Positions 38,255 through 47,085 of a stretch of DNA of 64,000 bases are shown here, piece after piece. Every line of letters starts with the position of its first letter. Positions within the stretch are counted from its first letter, which is position 1. Origin of the DNA: an uncultured Methylomirabilota bacterium (GTDB taxonomy: Bacteria; Methylomirabilota; Methylomirabilia; Methylomirabilales; 2-02-FULL-66-22). Location of the stretch: the NCBI GenBank assembly GCA_963705305.1, contig OY970067.1:3232001-3296000 (forward strand), given 5' to 3'. The notes beneath the pieces are model-generated. The model saw nothing but the letters and a program-made list of their open reading frames with translations. It searched no databases and had not been told where the DNA came from. Both the position numbers and the translations under genes were made by a program.

Positions 38255-39832
38255 TCACCGGTTCGGGTCCGATCGCTTCGCAAACACCGGGGTGCGGAGC
38301 GGAGGGGCCGGCCGGGCTGGGGTTGATGCGCTTGTCATGGCCGTCCGCCGTGCGATGGCGGGGGCGACCGCGCTCAGTCCCGTCCCTGCCGGGGTCGTTG
38401 GCATTCGGAGCGGAGTTGGGCGTTTGCTGGGGGTCTGCTGCACTCCGGCCTCTCCGTTTCCGTTGCTCGGTGCGGGCGCGCGGGTCTCCTTCCGGACGGT
38501 CGCCTTTCCGGCCCCCTCTCCGAGTGCTTGTGCCCCCCTCACCACGCCGTCCTCGATGATGATTCCCACGTTGTCCGAGACTACTTCGATCCAGATCTGG
38601 AAGTCCTTTTCCCGGACCATCTCCCGGATGAGCGCCATGCTCTCCTCGTCCAGCAGGCTCCCGTCGCTGATCCGGATGACCCGGATCTCGGGGTTGAGGG
38701 CCATGGCGATCGCCAGGGAGACGCGGAGCTGCTCCGAGCTCGAGGCCTGCTGGAACGGCTTGCCGTTGAAGGTCACGCCGTCTTCCGAGAACCCCAGGCC
38801 GGCGACAGGAAACTTGGCCTGCTGGAGCGCCGTCGCCTTGACGGCCTCGATCTCCGTCAGGCGGGCTGTCAGCGCGTTGCTCTGGGCCTGCAGGCGCTCC
38901 ACGTCCGCCTGCTGCACGCGGTATTTCTGCCCGCCCCGGATGGCGTCGTTGCGTTGCTCCAGAGTCGCGAGCTGGTCCCGGAGGCTCGCCAGGTCCGGAT
39001 CCACCAGGGTCGCCACCTGGGCCGCCGTCCTGGTGCCGCGCTCCACCAGCGCGTCGTACTCTCGCTGCGTTTTCTCCCGCTCCTGCCGCAGGTTCGCGAG
39101 CCGCGTCTCCATCTCCGCGATCTCGCGGTCCAGCTTCTCCAGGTCCTGCTTGGCGGTCTTCGCCTCTGTCCGGAGTGTCTCAAGGTGCTGCCGCTGCGTG
39201 GCGTTCGCGAGGCGCGCGTCCTGAGCTGCCTGGATCGCCTTCAGCAGATCGGCCGCACTGATGCCCGTCTCCGGCAGATCCGCCGCCGGGAGCGTCATCT
39301 TCGCGAGAGCGCCCTGCTGCTGCTTGAGGCTCCGATTCACCCCGGTGCGCTCAACGAAGGCGGTCCCGTACTCCGCGTCCAGCGCCGTCAGGTTCTGTTC
39401 GAGCCCCGGGTCCAACCGGAAGAGGGTGTCCCGCTGGTCTTTCCCTTCCATGCGCATGAACGCCAGGGGGTCGAAGGACAGCTTGCCGACCAGCTTGTCG
39501 AGGAAGGCCTGGGGTGACGTCACCTTGGTCCGCGCATCGTCCTTCAGGCGAACCGTCAGGTAGTTCGTCTCGTTGTCCGTGAACGTCCGCTTGATCTCGA
39601 TCTCGCTCAGATCCAGGTCGATGTCCGCGTGCTCGGCCCCCTCCCGGATGGGCTGCGGCGTCCGCTTCTGCATCGACGCGAAGTCAATGGCGCCCTGGAT
39701 CATGTCGAGAACGCTGGTCTTGCCCTGGCTGTTCCTCCCCCCGATCAGGATGACGTGCTCATCCGGGTTGGGGGTGATATCCACGGCCCGGATCTTCTTG
39801 AAGTTATGTCCGGTCAGGCGAAGGATCTTCAT
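38255..39832 (-). CDS. SMC/RecF-like ABC ATPase (phage/ICE AAA family)
   Basis: GRNSQGKTSVLD, a long coiled coil, ASSSEQLRVS and RISDGSLLDE. Confidence 0.85.
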   Translation of the reverse strand: MKILRLTGHNFKKIRAVDITPNPDEHVILIGGRNSQGKTSVLDMIQGAIDFASMQKRTPQPIREGAEHADIDLDLSEIEIKRTFTDNETNYLTVRLKDDARTKVTSPQAFLDKLVGKLSFDPLAFMRMEGKDQRDTLFRLDPGLEQNLTALDAEYGTAFVERTGVNRSLKQQQGALAKMTLPAADLPETGISAADLLKAIQAAQDARLANATQRQHLETLRTEAKTAKQDLEKLDREIAEMETRLANLRQEREKTQREYDALVERGTRTAAQVATLVDPDLASLRDQLATLEQRNDAIRGGQKYRVQQADVERLQAQSNALTARLTEIEAVKATALQQAKFPVAGLGFSEDGVTFNGKPFQQASSSEQLRVSLAIAMALNPEIRVIRISDGSLLDEESMALIREMVREKDFQIWIEVVSDNVGIIIEDGVVRGAQALGEGAGKATVRKETRAPAPSNGNGEAGVQQTPSKRPTPLRMPTTPAGTGLSAVAPAIARRTAMTSASTPARPAPPLRTPVFAKRSDPNR

Positions 39833-40033
39833 TGGTGTCTCCGTGAGGTGCTGCACGCGGGGCCGGCACGGCACGCGTTGCGCGGGGTTCGCTGCTCGAG
39901 GTTCCATGGGAAGTGTGCTCGGGGTGCTCACGAGTGCTGGTTCCGGCCGGCAGGCGGGGATCGCATCCGGGATTCGTTTGAGCGGATCGGCCAGGACTGT
40001 GCTGAAAGAGGCGTACGCTTGCGGAGAGAACCG

Positions 40034-40175
40034 GTCAACGGCCCCCGGCTGAAACCGTGGGCTTGGAAGAGCCCAGATCGTTCACCAGCCTCTATTCGGG
40101 AAGGGGGAACCGAGTTCCGTCGATTTGGTCAGGACACTCCGGAATGCGCGGCAAGCTCCAGGGCTGCTGTCGCTA
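40034..40175 (+). ncRNA. Orphan, probably truncated omega RNA / IS200-IS605 left end
   Basis: GTCAACGGCCCCCGGCTGAAACCGTGGGCTTG..GTTCACCAGCCT..CAGGACACTCCGGAATGC..CTCCAGGGCTGCTGTCG. The motif order matches 30385-30621, but no iscB follows. Confidence 0.65.
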
Positions 40176-40266
40176 CGTTTTTCCCGTGGTGGTCAAGCTA
40201 GGGGCGTGAGGAATCTAACGGGTGGCAGGTGCGGACGTACCTTACCCTGGCTGGGGGCGCAGGTGG

Positions 40267-40662
40267 TCAGGCAAATCCCACCTGGGCTTCGACCCAGGAT
40301 TTGATGAGCTCGGCAGACTGCAGGGCGCGCTGGGCTTCCTCCCCGGAGAAATGGGTGGGCCAGTGCACAGGGTAGCGCGTCTCCACGTAAAATGCGCTCA
40401 GGTACTCGCAGGCCTCGCGGAGCCGGTCCACGGCAGGATCATGCGCGGCGCAGATCTTGAGGAGCAGGGGGAGGTCGTGGAGCTTCCGGAAGTCGAGATC
40501 ATGGGCGACGATGTACGCCTTCAGGTACTTCTCGGCCGCTTGATGAAAGTGGAAGCAGATCTGGGCGTAGAAGGGTTTCCCCTCCTTGAGGTTCACCCGG
40601 GCGAACGCGAAGTCATCCGCCGCCTTCTCGATCCACTCCTGGACGAGCCGGGCCTCAGCCAT
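40267..40662 (-). CDS. HEPN domain protein
   Basis: FHFHQAAEKYLKA, KLHDL and ETRYP. Confidence 0.88.
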   Translation of the reverse strand: MAEARLVQEWIEKAADDFAFARVNLKEGKPFYAQICFHFHQAAEKYLKAYIVAHDLDFRKLHDLPLLLKICAAHDPAVDRLREACEYLSAFYVETRYPVHWPTHFSGEEAQRALQSAELIKSWVEAQVGFA

Positions 40663-40972
40663 GGAGGATCTTGCCTTCGCGGAGGATCGCTTTCAGGAAA
40701 GGATCGCCTAGGGCGAGCCGTTCCTCGAACTCTTCGGGCCGATAGACCAGGAAGTCCACCGGGATGTTCCGCTCGATCAGCCGCTGGAGTTCGCGGATCC
40801 GATCGGCGCCCAAGCGCGGACAGTCCCGCTTGATGATCAGGAAATCGGCGTCGCTCTCGGGATGCAGGTCGCCGCGGGCCGCGCTGCCGAAGAGGATGAT
40901 CCGCTCCGGAGCGTACTTCGCGACGAGTTGCGCGGTGATGCGCTCGATTTCCTCAGCCACGTTGACATCCAT
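40655..40972 (-). CDS. Minimal nucleotidyltransferase (MNT)
   Basis: IILFGSAARGD..SDADFLII. Overlaps the HEPN gene. Confidence 0.88.
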   Translation of the reverse strand: MDVNVAEEIERITAQLVAKYAPERIILFGSAARGDLHPESDADFLIIKRDCPRLGADRIRELQRLIERNIPVDFLVYRPEEFEERLALGDPFLKAILREGKILHG

Positions 40973-41061
40973 GCCGTCCCCTGCTTGGTAGTCACCCAAG
41001 GGCATGCTATCGGCTTCCTCGTGCGGAGTCAAGGCTGGAACGCCGTCAGTCTCGCCTATCC

Positions 41062-43327
41062 TTAGAAGAGTGCCAGTTGGGCCAGGTGCGGCCGCTCGCT
41101 CAACACCTGCTGAAGGTCCTCCTCCCTGACTTCGAGCCGGCTCACCTTCTTGTGGCGCGGGTTCTCCTGCTCGATGAGATCCACGATCAGCATTTTCTCC
41201 CCGATCGTCTCAATGTTCTGCGAGATCCGAACGACCGGGGGCTTAGGCGTGGCCGCAGTGAGCGTGAGGAGCTGCTCCATATCTCGTTTCCGGAGCCGGG
41301 CCCAGACCGCCTCTGCGGACTCCGTCTCGCCGACGTGACTCACCAGCGCCCGCGCAAGCTCGAGCACCAGGGAGTCCGAGGTGTCCGCGAGCGCGCTCAG
41401 GCCGTTGTCGCTCAACTCCCCCTCGATCGCCAGGGACGCCTCCAGCTTCGTGGCGATCAGGGTGAGTGCCTTGGACTGCATCGAGTCCGCGTAGGTCAGG
41501 AAGATCACCTCGCAGGGCTCGGTCTGGCCGATCCGCCAGGCCCGGCGCGCCGCCTGGCGGAGCGTGTAGATGCTGTACCTCGGGCACAAGTAGATGAAGG
41601 TCGGAAAGGCGTACAGATCCAGTCCGGTCTTCACGAGCTCGGGGTTGGTGACGAGGACATCGATGCCCTCGTTCACCCGGTCCTGGATCCAGTCTTCGCG
41701 CTGCGGTGGCGGGACCGTCCCCTTGAGGATCTGTGTCCGGAGCCCGGCGGTTTCCAAGAGCTCCTTCACGCGGCCGGTGAGGTCCCGGGTATCCGTGAAG
41801 GTGACATAGACGAGGACCCGCCGCCCTTTCTCGCGGACCTCCCGCGTGCAGAGTTCCACCAACTCTTCTTCCTTCGGGAGTGGGCCAGGAACGATCGGGG
41901 CGGACGCGATCGGCTCCTTGGTCCGGGGGTCGATGAGGTGCTCCGCTCGGAACGCCGCTTGATCGGGGTAGCAGAGGAGGCTCTGGAGGTACAGCGACAG
42001 GAGGTGCCGCGACCCGCTGGCAAGGGCGTCCCGGACACAGGCCAGCAAATCGCTCTCCAGGTGGTGGTAGGCGTCCGCGAGTCCGGGTGACATGTCCAGG
42101 CTGATCACCCGCTCCTCGTAGGGGGGGAGGGCGTCCGCAACGTCCGCGAGACGGAGAAACACCGTGTTTGGCAGGAGATGCTTCCCCAGGATGAGCGGGC
42201 TGATCCCCGGCTTCCGGTGCACGCGAGTCCGCTTGGTTTTCCCTCGGACCGCCCGCATGTCCTCGCTGGCATCGTCGTCCGCACTGATCTTGGTCACGCG
42301 CTCCAGGATGCCGTACCGCTCCATCCACCGCTGGACCTTGCGATAGTCCAGCCCCTCGCGGACCATCTCGCTGGGGTACATCCGGTACAGGATATAGAAG
42401 AGATTGTCGGCGTAGCCCCCGAGCAAGGTCCCCGTGAGACCGAGGGTGGTCCGCACGGCTGCCGCCAGGGCGCCGAAGGCGTTCCCTTGCCCGGTAGCCT
42501 CGCCCTTCAGCTCGTGGACCTCGTCCGCCACAAAGAGAATCGAATGCGCCCTTGAGGTATCGCTTGATGAACTTCGCGGGGGCGTAGCGCCGCGGCCCGG
42601 CCCGGTCCGCACAGAACGCCGGATCGTGGCACTGGGGGCAGAAGGTGTGCTTGCGGGCGAGGGCCTCGACCGTGAGCGGCAGGCCCGCCTTGTCCCGCAG
42701 GACGGCCCCGCAGCGCAGGCACGCCGGTTCCCGCCAGACCTGCAGGTCCCGCATGGGGCCCGTCGGATTGTGCCGCTCCTCTAGGCGGTACAACAAGCGG
42801 CTCGCGTACGCCGGCCGCCAGGCGTGGTGCAGCTTGGCGCGTTCGCGGCCGAGGACCCACACCTCATGCTGGGCCGGTGGCTTCCGGCCGTCCGTCCGAA
42901 GGACTGTCGCCAGCCCGGTCAGGTGCGCCAGGCTGTCGGGCCCCCCGAGGGAGATGACGCGCACCTCCGGGAGCACGGCCGTTGCCTCGCGCTCCCACTT
43001 GGGCACGAGGTGCGGCGGGCACATGATGAGCGTGCGAAGCGGCCGTGGCGCCAAGGCCAGGAGGGCCAGCGTCACCTCCGACTTCCCCACGCCCATTTCC
43101 CCGCTGAGCAGCGCCGCCCGCTGCCCGGCCTCGAAGTAGGCCCGGGCCAGGGCCTTGGCGGCTTCCCCCTGCGCCGGATAGCACGGGCGGAGAAGCGTTG
43201 CCAACCGCTGGTCAAGGTCCGGCGTGGTGCCGAGGTCCCGCACGGGATCGTGCAAGATGTTGAAGGTTTCGGTCACCCGCTGGGCCAGCGGCTCGCCGAA
43301 ACGTGTGAGGAATTCCTGGAGGGTCAT
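41062..43327 (-). pseudogene. ICE-type SF2 (SNF2-like) helicase with a 1-nt frameshift near 42538
   Basis: GEMGVGKS and CPPHLVPKWERE lie in one frame. DEVHE, LTGT, KTGLDL and QAARRAWRIGQ lie in the other. Removing one base restores GAFDLFVADEVH. Confidence 0.85.
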
Positions 43328-43501
43328 GCCTGGGTCTCCGTGGGGGTGGGGCTGATGATCAGGTACGCCTCATTGTGTAGCGCGTCCGAGGCGATCGAGT
43401 TCGCCTCGACCAGCGCGTTGGCTCCGGCCAGTCTCCAGCGATTGCGCCAGTGCCTGGTTCTTGGGGTGTCGCAATCTTGGCGCGTGCCCCTGCCATGGCG
43501 T

Positions 43502-44098
43502 CTACGCGATCTCCAGCGTGCGGGCCTTCACGGCCTCCGTCAGCTCCTGGGTCACCTGCTGCTCATTCCAGTGGATCTCCCAGCCGACCCAGTGGCCAGA
43601 GCCACTCATGGGTGTGATGTCCGCATTCTCATCGAGGTAGTGCCAGAGCCAGCCCGCCCACGACGGGTGGAGCGGGAGGGAGGTTCGGGCGTCGATGAGC
43701 CGCAGGAGTCGCTCGGGTGCGGTGGCTTCCTCGGCCTTCGGAAGGACAAGGCTGAACTCATAAGGGGTCTCGCTCGGCGTCGTGTCAGGATAGAGGACGC
43801 CGTGAGCTTGCCCGCAGGGAAGGCGCTTGCAGAGGAGACGGGATGGCGTCGCGGTCGCGTGCAGCGGCCCGATGGTTTCGCGCCCGCGCTGGTGGAGGAT
43901 CGCGTGCTCTTTCGGGTGGAAAAGGCTCAGCCGGTTCCCTTTGAGTTTCGCCGCTGCCAGCACGGCCTTGACGGCTTCCGCCGGCCCCCCGATGGACAGG
44001 AACCGCACCTCATCGTAGGGGTTTGCCAGGTAGCTCTCCACGAGGCTCACGGCGCCCTCGAAGTCAGCGTACAGGAACGTCGGTGTCACGTGCTGCAC
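43502..44098 (-). CDS. Conserved ICE/plasmid hypothetical protein
   Basis: FLSIGGP..VKAV and LPLHPSWAGWLW. Lies between the methyltransferase and the helicase. Confidence 0.65.
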   Translation of the reverse strand: MQHVTPTFLYADFEGAVSLVESYLANPYDEVRFLSIGGPAEAVKAVLAAAKLKGNRLSLFHPKEHAILHQRGRETIGPLHATATPSRLLCKRLPCGQAHGVLYPDTTPSETPYEFSLVLPKAEEATAPERLLRLIDARTSLPLHPSWAGWLWHYLDENADITPMSGSGHWVGWEIHWNEQQVTQELTEAVKARTLEIA

Positions 44099-44181
44099 GG
44101 GCTCCTCCCGAGACGGGGTGGCTGTCTGCTCGCGGGCAAGGAGGGATCGGATTGCCGGTGGCGCTGGAGGGTTCTGCCGGG

Positions 44182-45231
44182 TTACTGCATCGTCTGGAGT
44201 TCACCGGATCGGAGATCCAGGGCGGTGATGACGATCTTGAGAACGTCGCGCTCGGTGATGGTCTTGCCACCGTCGGCCTCCTGTTCCTCTAGCCGGACGG
44301 TATCCTTCTCGGTTCGGCCCTTCACGAGCAGTCGGTCGCCGGTCCGTGGGTCTTCCACCAGCTCGTTGTTGAGGTGTCCGGATGCCAGGACCAGCGCCAG
44401 GTGGCCCCGTCGAAGCGGCATGATCGGCCGCATCCGGTACGCTGCCGCCTCGGGGTGCAGGCGGCGGAACACCACCTCGGTAAGGCCGTGCCTCTCCATC
44501 TCCTGGACGAGGTCCTGCGGATCGACGCTGAGGTTCTGAAACAGGAGGTTCGCTGCCCGCCGGGAGGTGGGTACCGAGTAGGCCGGCTCCACGTGCCCGG
44601 GGAGGTCCGATGGCGTGAACGTCCGGGCGCCGATCAATCGAAGGGTCCGCAGCACCTCGTCGTCTCGGAACGGCGTGGCCTTGCGCACGGCGAACAGCAC
44701 GATCTGCTGGTAGCAAATGTACGCTTCCCCGGGGAATCGGAAGACCTGGATGCGCTCGAAGTGGTACGCGAGCACGTTCGCGATCTCGCCGGCGAGGCGC
44801 CGATCTGGAATGAGGTAGACCAGGACGCCCCCCACGGCGAGGTAGCGCACCGCGGCCTGCAGGAAGGAGAGTTCGAGCCGTTGCGCGCCCTCGTCAAGCG
44901 CCGCCACGTCGAAGTCGTAGGGCGGATTGAGGAACAGGAGCCCGAAGGCGTTGTTGGCCACCCGCGTGCTCCGGATGTCGGCCCGGAGGACCCGGGTAAG
45001 GACTCCGCGAGCCGCATGCGCGCGCGCCTGGTTCAGCTCGATGCCGTACCGTTCCACGGGATCTCCAAGGGGCCCTGTCGCGAGACACAACGCGGTGCCT
45101 TCCCCACAGGCCGGATCGATTGCGCGGATCAGCCCCGGGCCCGACCGAGTCAGGGATCGGGCGATGGCCTCCGCGATCGCCGGCGGCGTCGGGTAGTGCT
45201 GCATCTTCGCTTGCGATCGGAATCGTGCCAC
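44182..45231 (-). CDS. DUF6094-type SAM-dependent (adenine) methyltransferase
   Basis: HYPTP, DPACGEG, YGIEL, FLNPPY and MPLRRGHLALVLASG. Confidence 0.85.
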   Translation of the reverse strand: MARFRSQAKMQHYPTPPAIAEAIARSLTRSGPGLIRAIDPACGEGTALCLATGPLGDPVERYGIELNQARAHAARGVLTRVLRADIRSTRVANNAFGLLFLNPPYDFDVAALDEGAQRLELSFLQAAVRYLAVGGVLVYLIPDRRLAGEIANVLAYHFERIQVFRFPGEAYICYQQIVLFAVRKATPFRDDEVLRTLRLIGARTFTPSDLPGHVEPAYSVPTSRRAANLLFQNLSVDPQDLVQEMERHGLTEVVFRRLHPEAAAYRMRPIMPLRRGHLALVLASGHLNNELVEDPRTGDRLLVKGRTEKDTVRLEEQEADGGKTITERDVLKIVITALDLRSGELQTMQ

Positions 45232-45717
45232 TGGGCTGACTCCTTCGTGTGGGATCGCGCTCGGATAGGGATTCCTCCGGACAGGGGCAGCACTCGATTC
45301 TATTGCTGCGCTAGGGTGTGGATGGGGTCGGCGGGGTTGATGTGGGAATGCCGAGGAATCCGCAGGTCTCTTCGATGAACCACCACACGACGCGGATGTT
45401 CGGGCAGGGCTTCGTCTTCGGGTCAGGTGGCGTCAATGCCGTGGCGAGGTAGTCACCGGCACGCTGTTCGATGGTCCCCAGCCGCTTGCCCGTTCCGTCG
45501 GTGTTGGCGCTCCCCTAATCTTGGATACAGCAGCGTCATTCTTCCCCCACTGGGTGAGATGACCTATACAGTGGCCGTGAGTCCAAATGGGAAGCATCGA
45601 ATGGCCACGAGGACAACGCACCAGACGGCCGAGATCCTCCCTGTTCAGTCGTGAGAGAGCTCGCATGGAGCCGAACGCACTGGTGTGCTGAATGTTTCGC
45701 GCAGAGGAGGCTCACAG

Positions 45718-45963
45718 ATGTCGCGTTCGACCGTGACGCTCAGTCTCTCCCCGGACACTATCACGGAAGCCAAGATCCTGGCGGCACAACGCAAGACCTC
45801 GCTCAACCGTCCGTTTGCTGATTGCATCGAAGATCTCGAGATGCGAGAGAGCGCGTCCCAGTCGGCACGGCGCCGTGCACTCACACACCTGAAGCGCGGA
45901 TTCGATTTAGGGGCCCAGCCCATGATACGTGAGGAGTTCCATGCCCGATCTTGTCTTCGGTGA
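45718..45963 (+). CDS. RHH antitoxin followed by only a stub of its PIN toxin
   Basis: VTLSLSPDTITEAKILAAQRKTSL..REEFHAR. An overlapping ATG at 45941 (MPDLVFGDS) resembles a PIN start that is cut off. Confidence 0.6.
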   Translation: MSRSTVTLSLSPDTITEAKILAAQRKTSLNRPFADCIEDLEMRESASQSARRRALTHLKRGFDLGAQPMIREEFHARSCLR

Positions 45964-45969
45964 TTCCGG

Positions 45970-46308
45970 TCACACGCCTCGGCCGAGCGCCGCCGCGTAC
46001 GTGAAGGCATGAAAGTATCGCCGCCACGACTCATCGGATGAGCCGTAGCGGTTGTCGAACCAGAAGTAGTCGGCCAGGGTTTCCCGCAGCCGGGTCAGTT
46101 CCTTCAAGCGTGACCGATGTTTCTCATCGGCGATGGTGAGGTCCAGAAGCTCCAACGCTCGCTCGAAGGCACGGCGCCCGTACTCGGCGTTCCCCTTCCC
46201 CCTCCATCGCATCGTGCGCTCGATCTCGCTCCCGACGTTGGCAAGCTGCTCCACGAGGGACAGCCTGAACCACCTTCCCGCCGCCAACTCCTGATGCCCC
46301 ACAGTCAT
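45970..46308 (-). CDS. Conserved helical hypothetical protein
   Basis: RWFRLSLVEQLANVGSEIER..AFERALELLDLT..KELTRLRE. ATGA-coupled to the upstream gene. Confidence 0.75.
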   Translation of the reverse strand: MTVGHQELAAGRWFRLSLVEQLANVGSEIERTMRWRGKGNAEYGRRAFERALELLDLTIADEKHRSRLKELTRLRETLADYFWFDNRYGSSDESWRRYFHAFTYAAALGRGV

Positions 46309-46646
46309 CGCATCACCAGTCGCGAGACGATTTCCACGATTCGCTGGCGCACCCCTGGATTCTCTACGTCGCGACTCCGGTTCCCCTGCGAGGGGCGAAG
46401 GTTGATCATCGAGTCGAACTCGATCCACTCCGCGCTGCCGGCGTCCGGATAGAGATTGATCCCCCACAGGCTAGCCTGTATGGAGCCATGCGTCAAGAGG
46501 AGCTCTTCTTCATCCGCGTGAAGCTCGCCGTCGACAGCCATGATGCCCCGATCAACGTCAACGACAGCCTTCACCATTTCGCCAAACCTGCCTTGGGCCA
46601 TCTCGCGCAGCCTGGCGAGGGTGATCGGCCCAGTAATGATCTCCAT
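46305..46646 (-). CDS. DUF5674 family protein
   Basis: MVKAVVDV, GELHADEE, LWGINLYP and IEFDSMINLRPSQGNRSR. Confidence 0.8.
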   Translation of the reverse strand: MEIITGPITLARLREMAQGRFGEMVKAVVDVDRGIMAVDGELHADEEELLLTHGSIQASLWGINLYPDAGSAEWIEFDSMINLRPSQGNRSRDVENPGVRQRIVEIVSRLVMR

Positions 46647-47085
46647 GGCGCTTCCTTTGCCGCACACTCGTGGGCCAGAACGCACGGGAGACATTCGGCT
46701 CCGACAGACGGCCGCGCCGTGCCACACGCTGCGCCGCAACCGACAAGCGAACGGCGAGAACGCTAACACCGGCCCGGAAGGACGTCAAGTCGAACGTGAC
46801 TGACCCGAATAGACAGAGCCGAATGGATGCTGGCCAAATGCGAGTGTCGGCATTGGCTGACAGAGGCGGAAACATTGCCCACTTTGATCACTGTGAGATT
46901 CCCAAATACCATGTTCGTGTGCGCCATGGCCCCCAGCGTGGCAGGACATGGGATCGGTGTGCTGACTTGGACCTCGGTCTAATTCCTGGCGGTCGGGAGG
47001 CCTGCCATCGGCTTTCATGTACGTGGTGCGTCGCTCACGAGGAGTACCCGGAGCGCGCGCTGTGCCATGGGGCCGTGGGAGCCGG

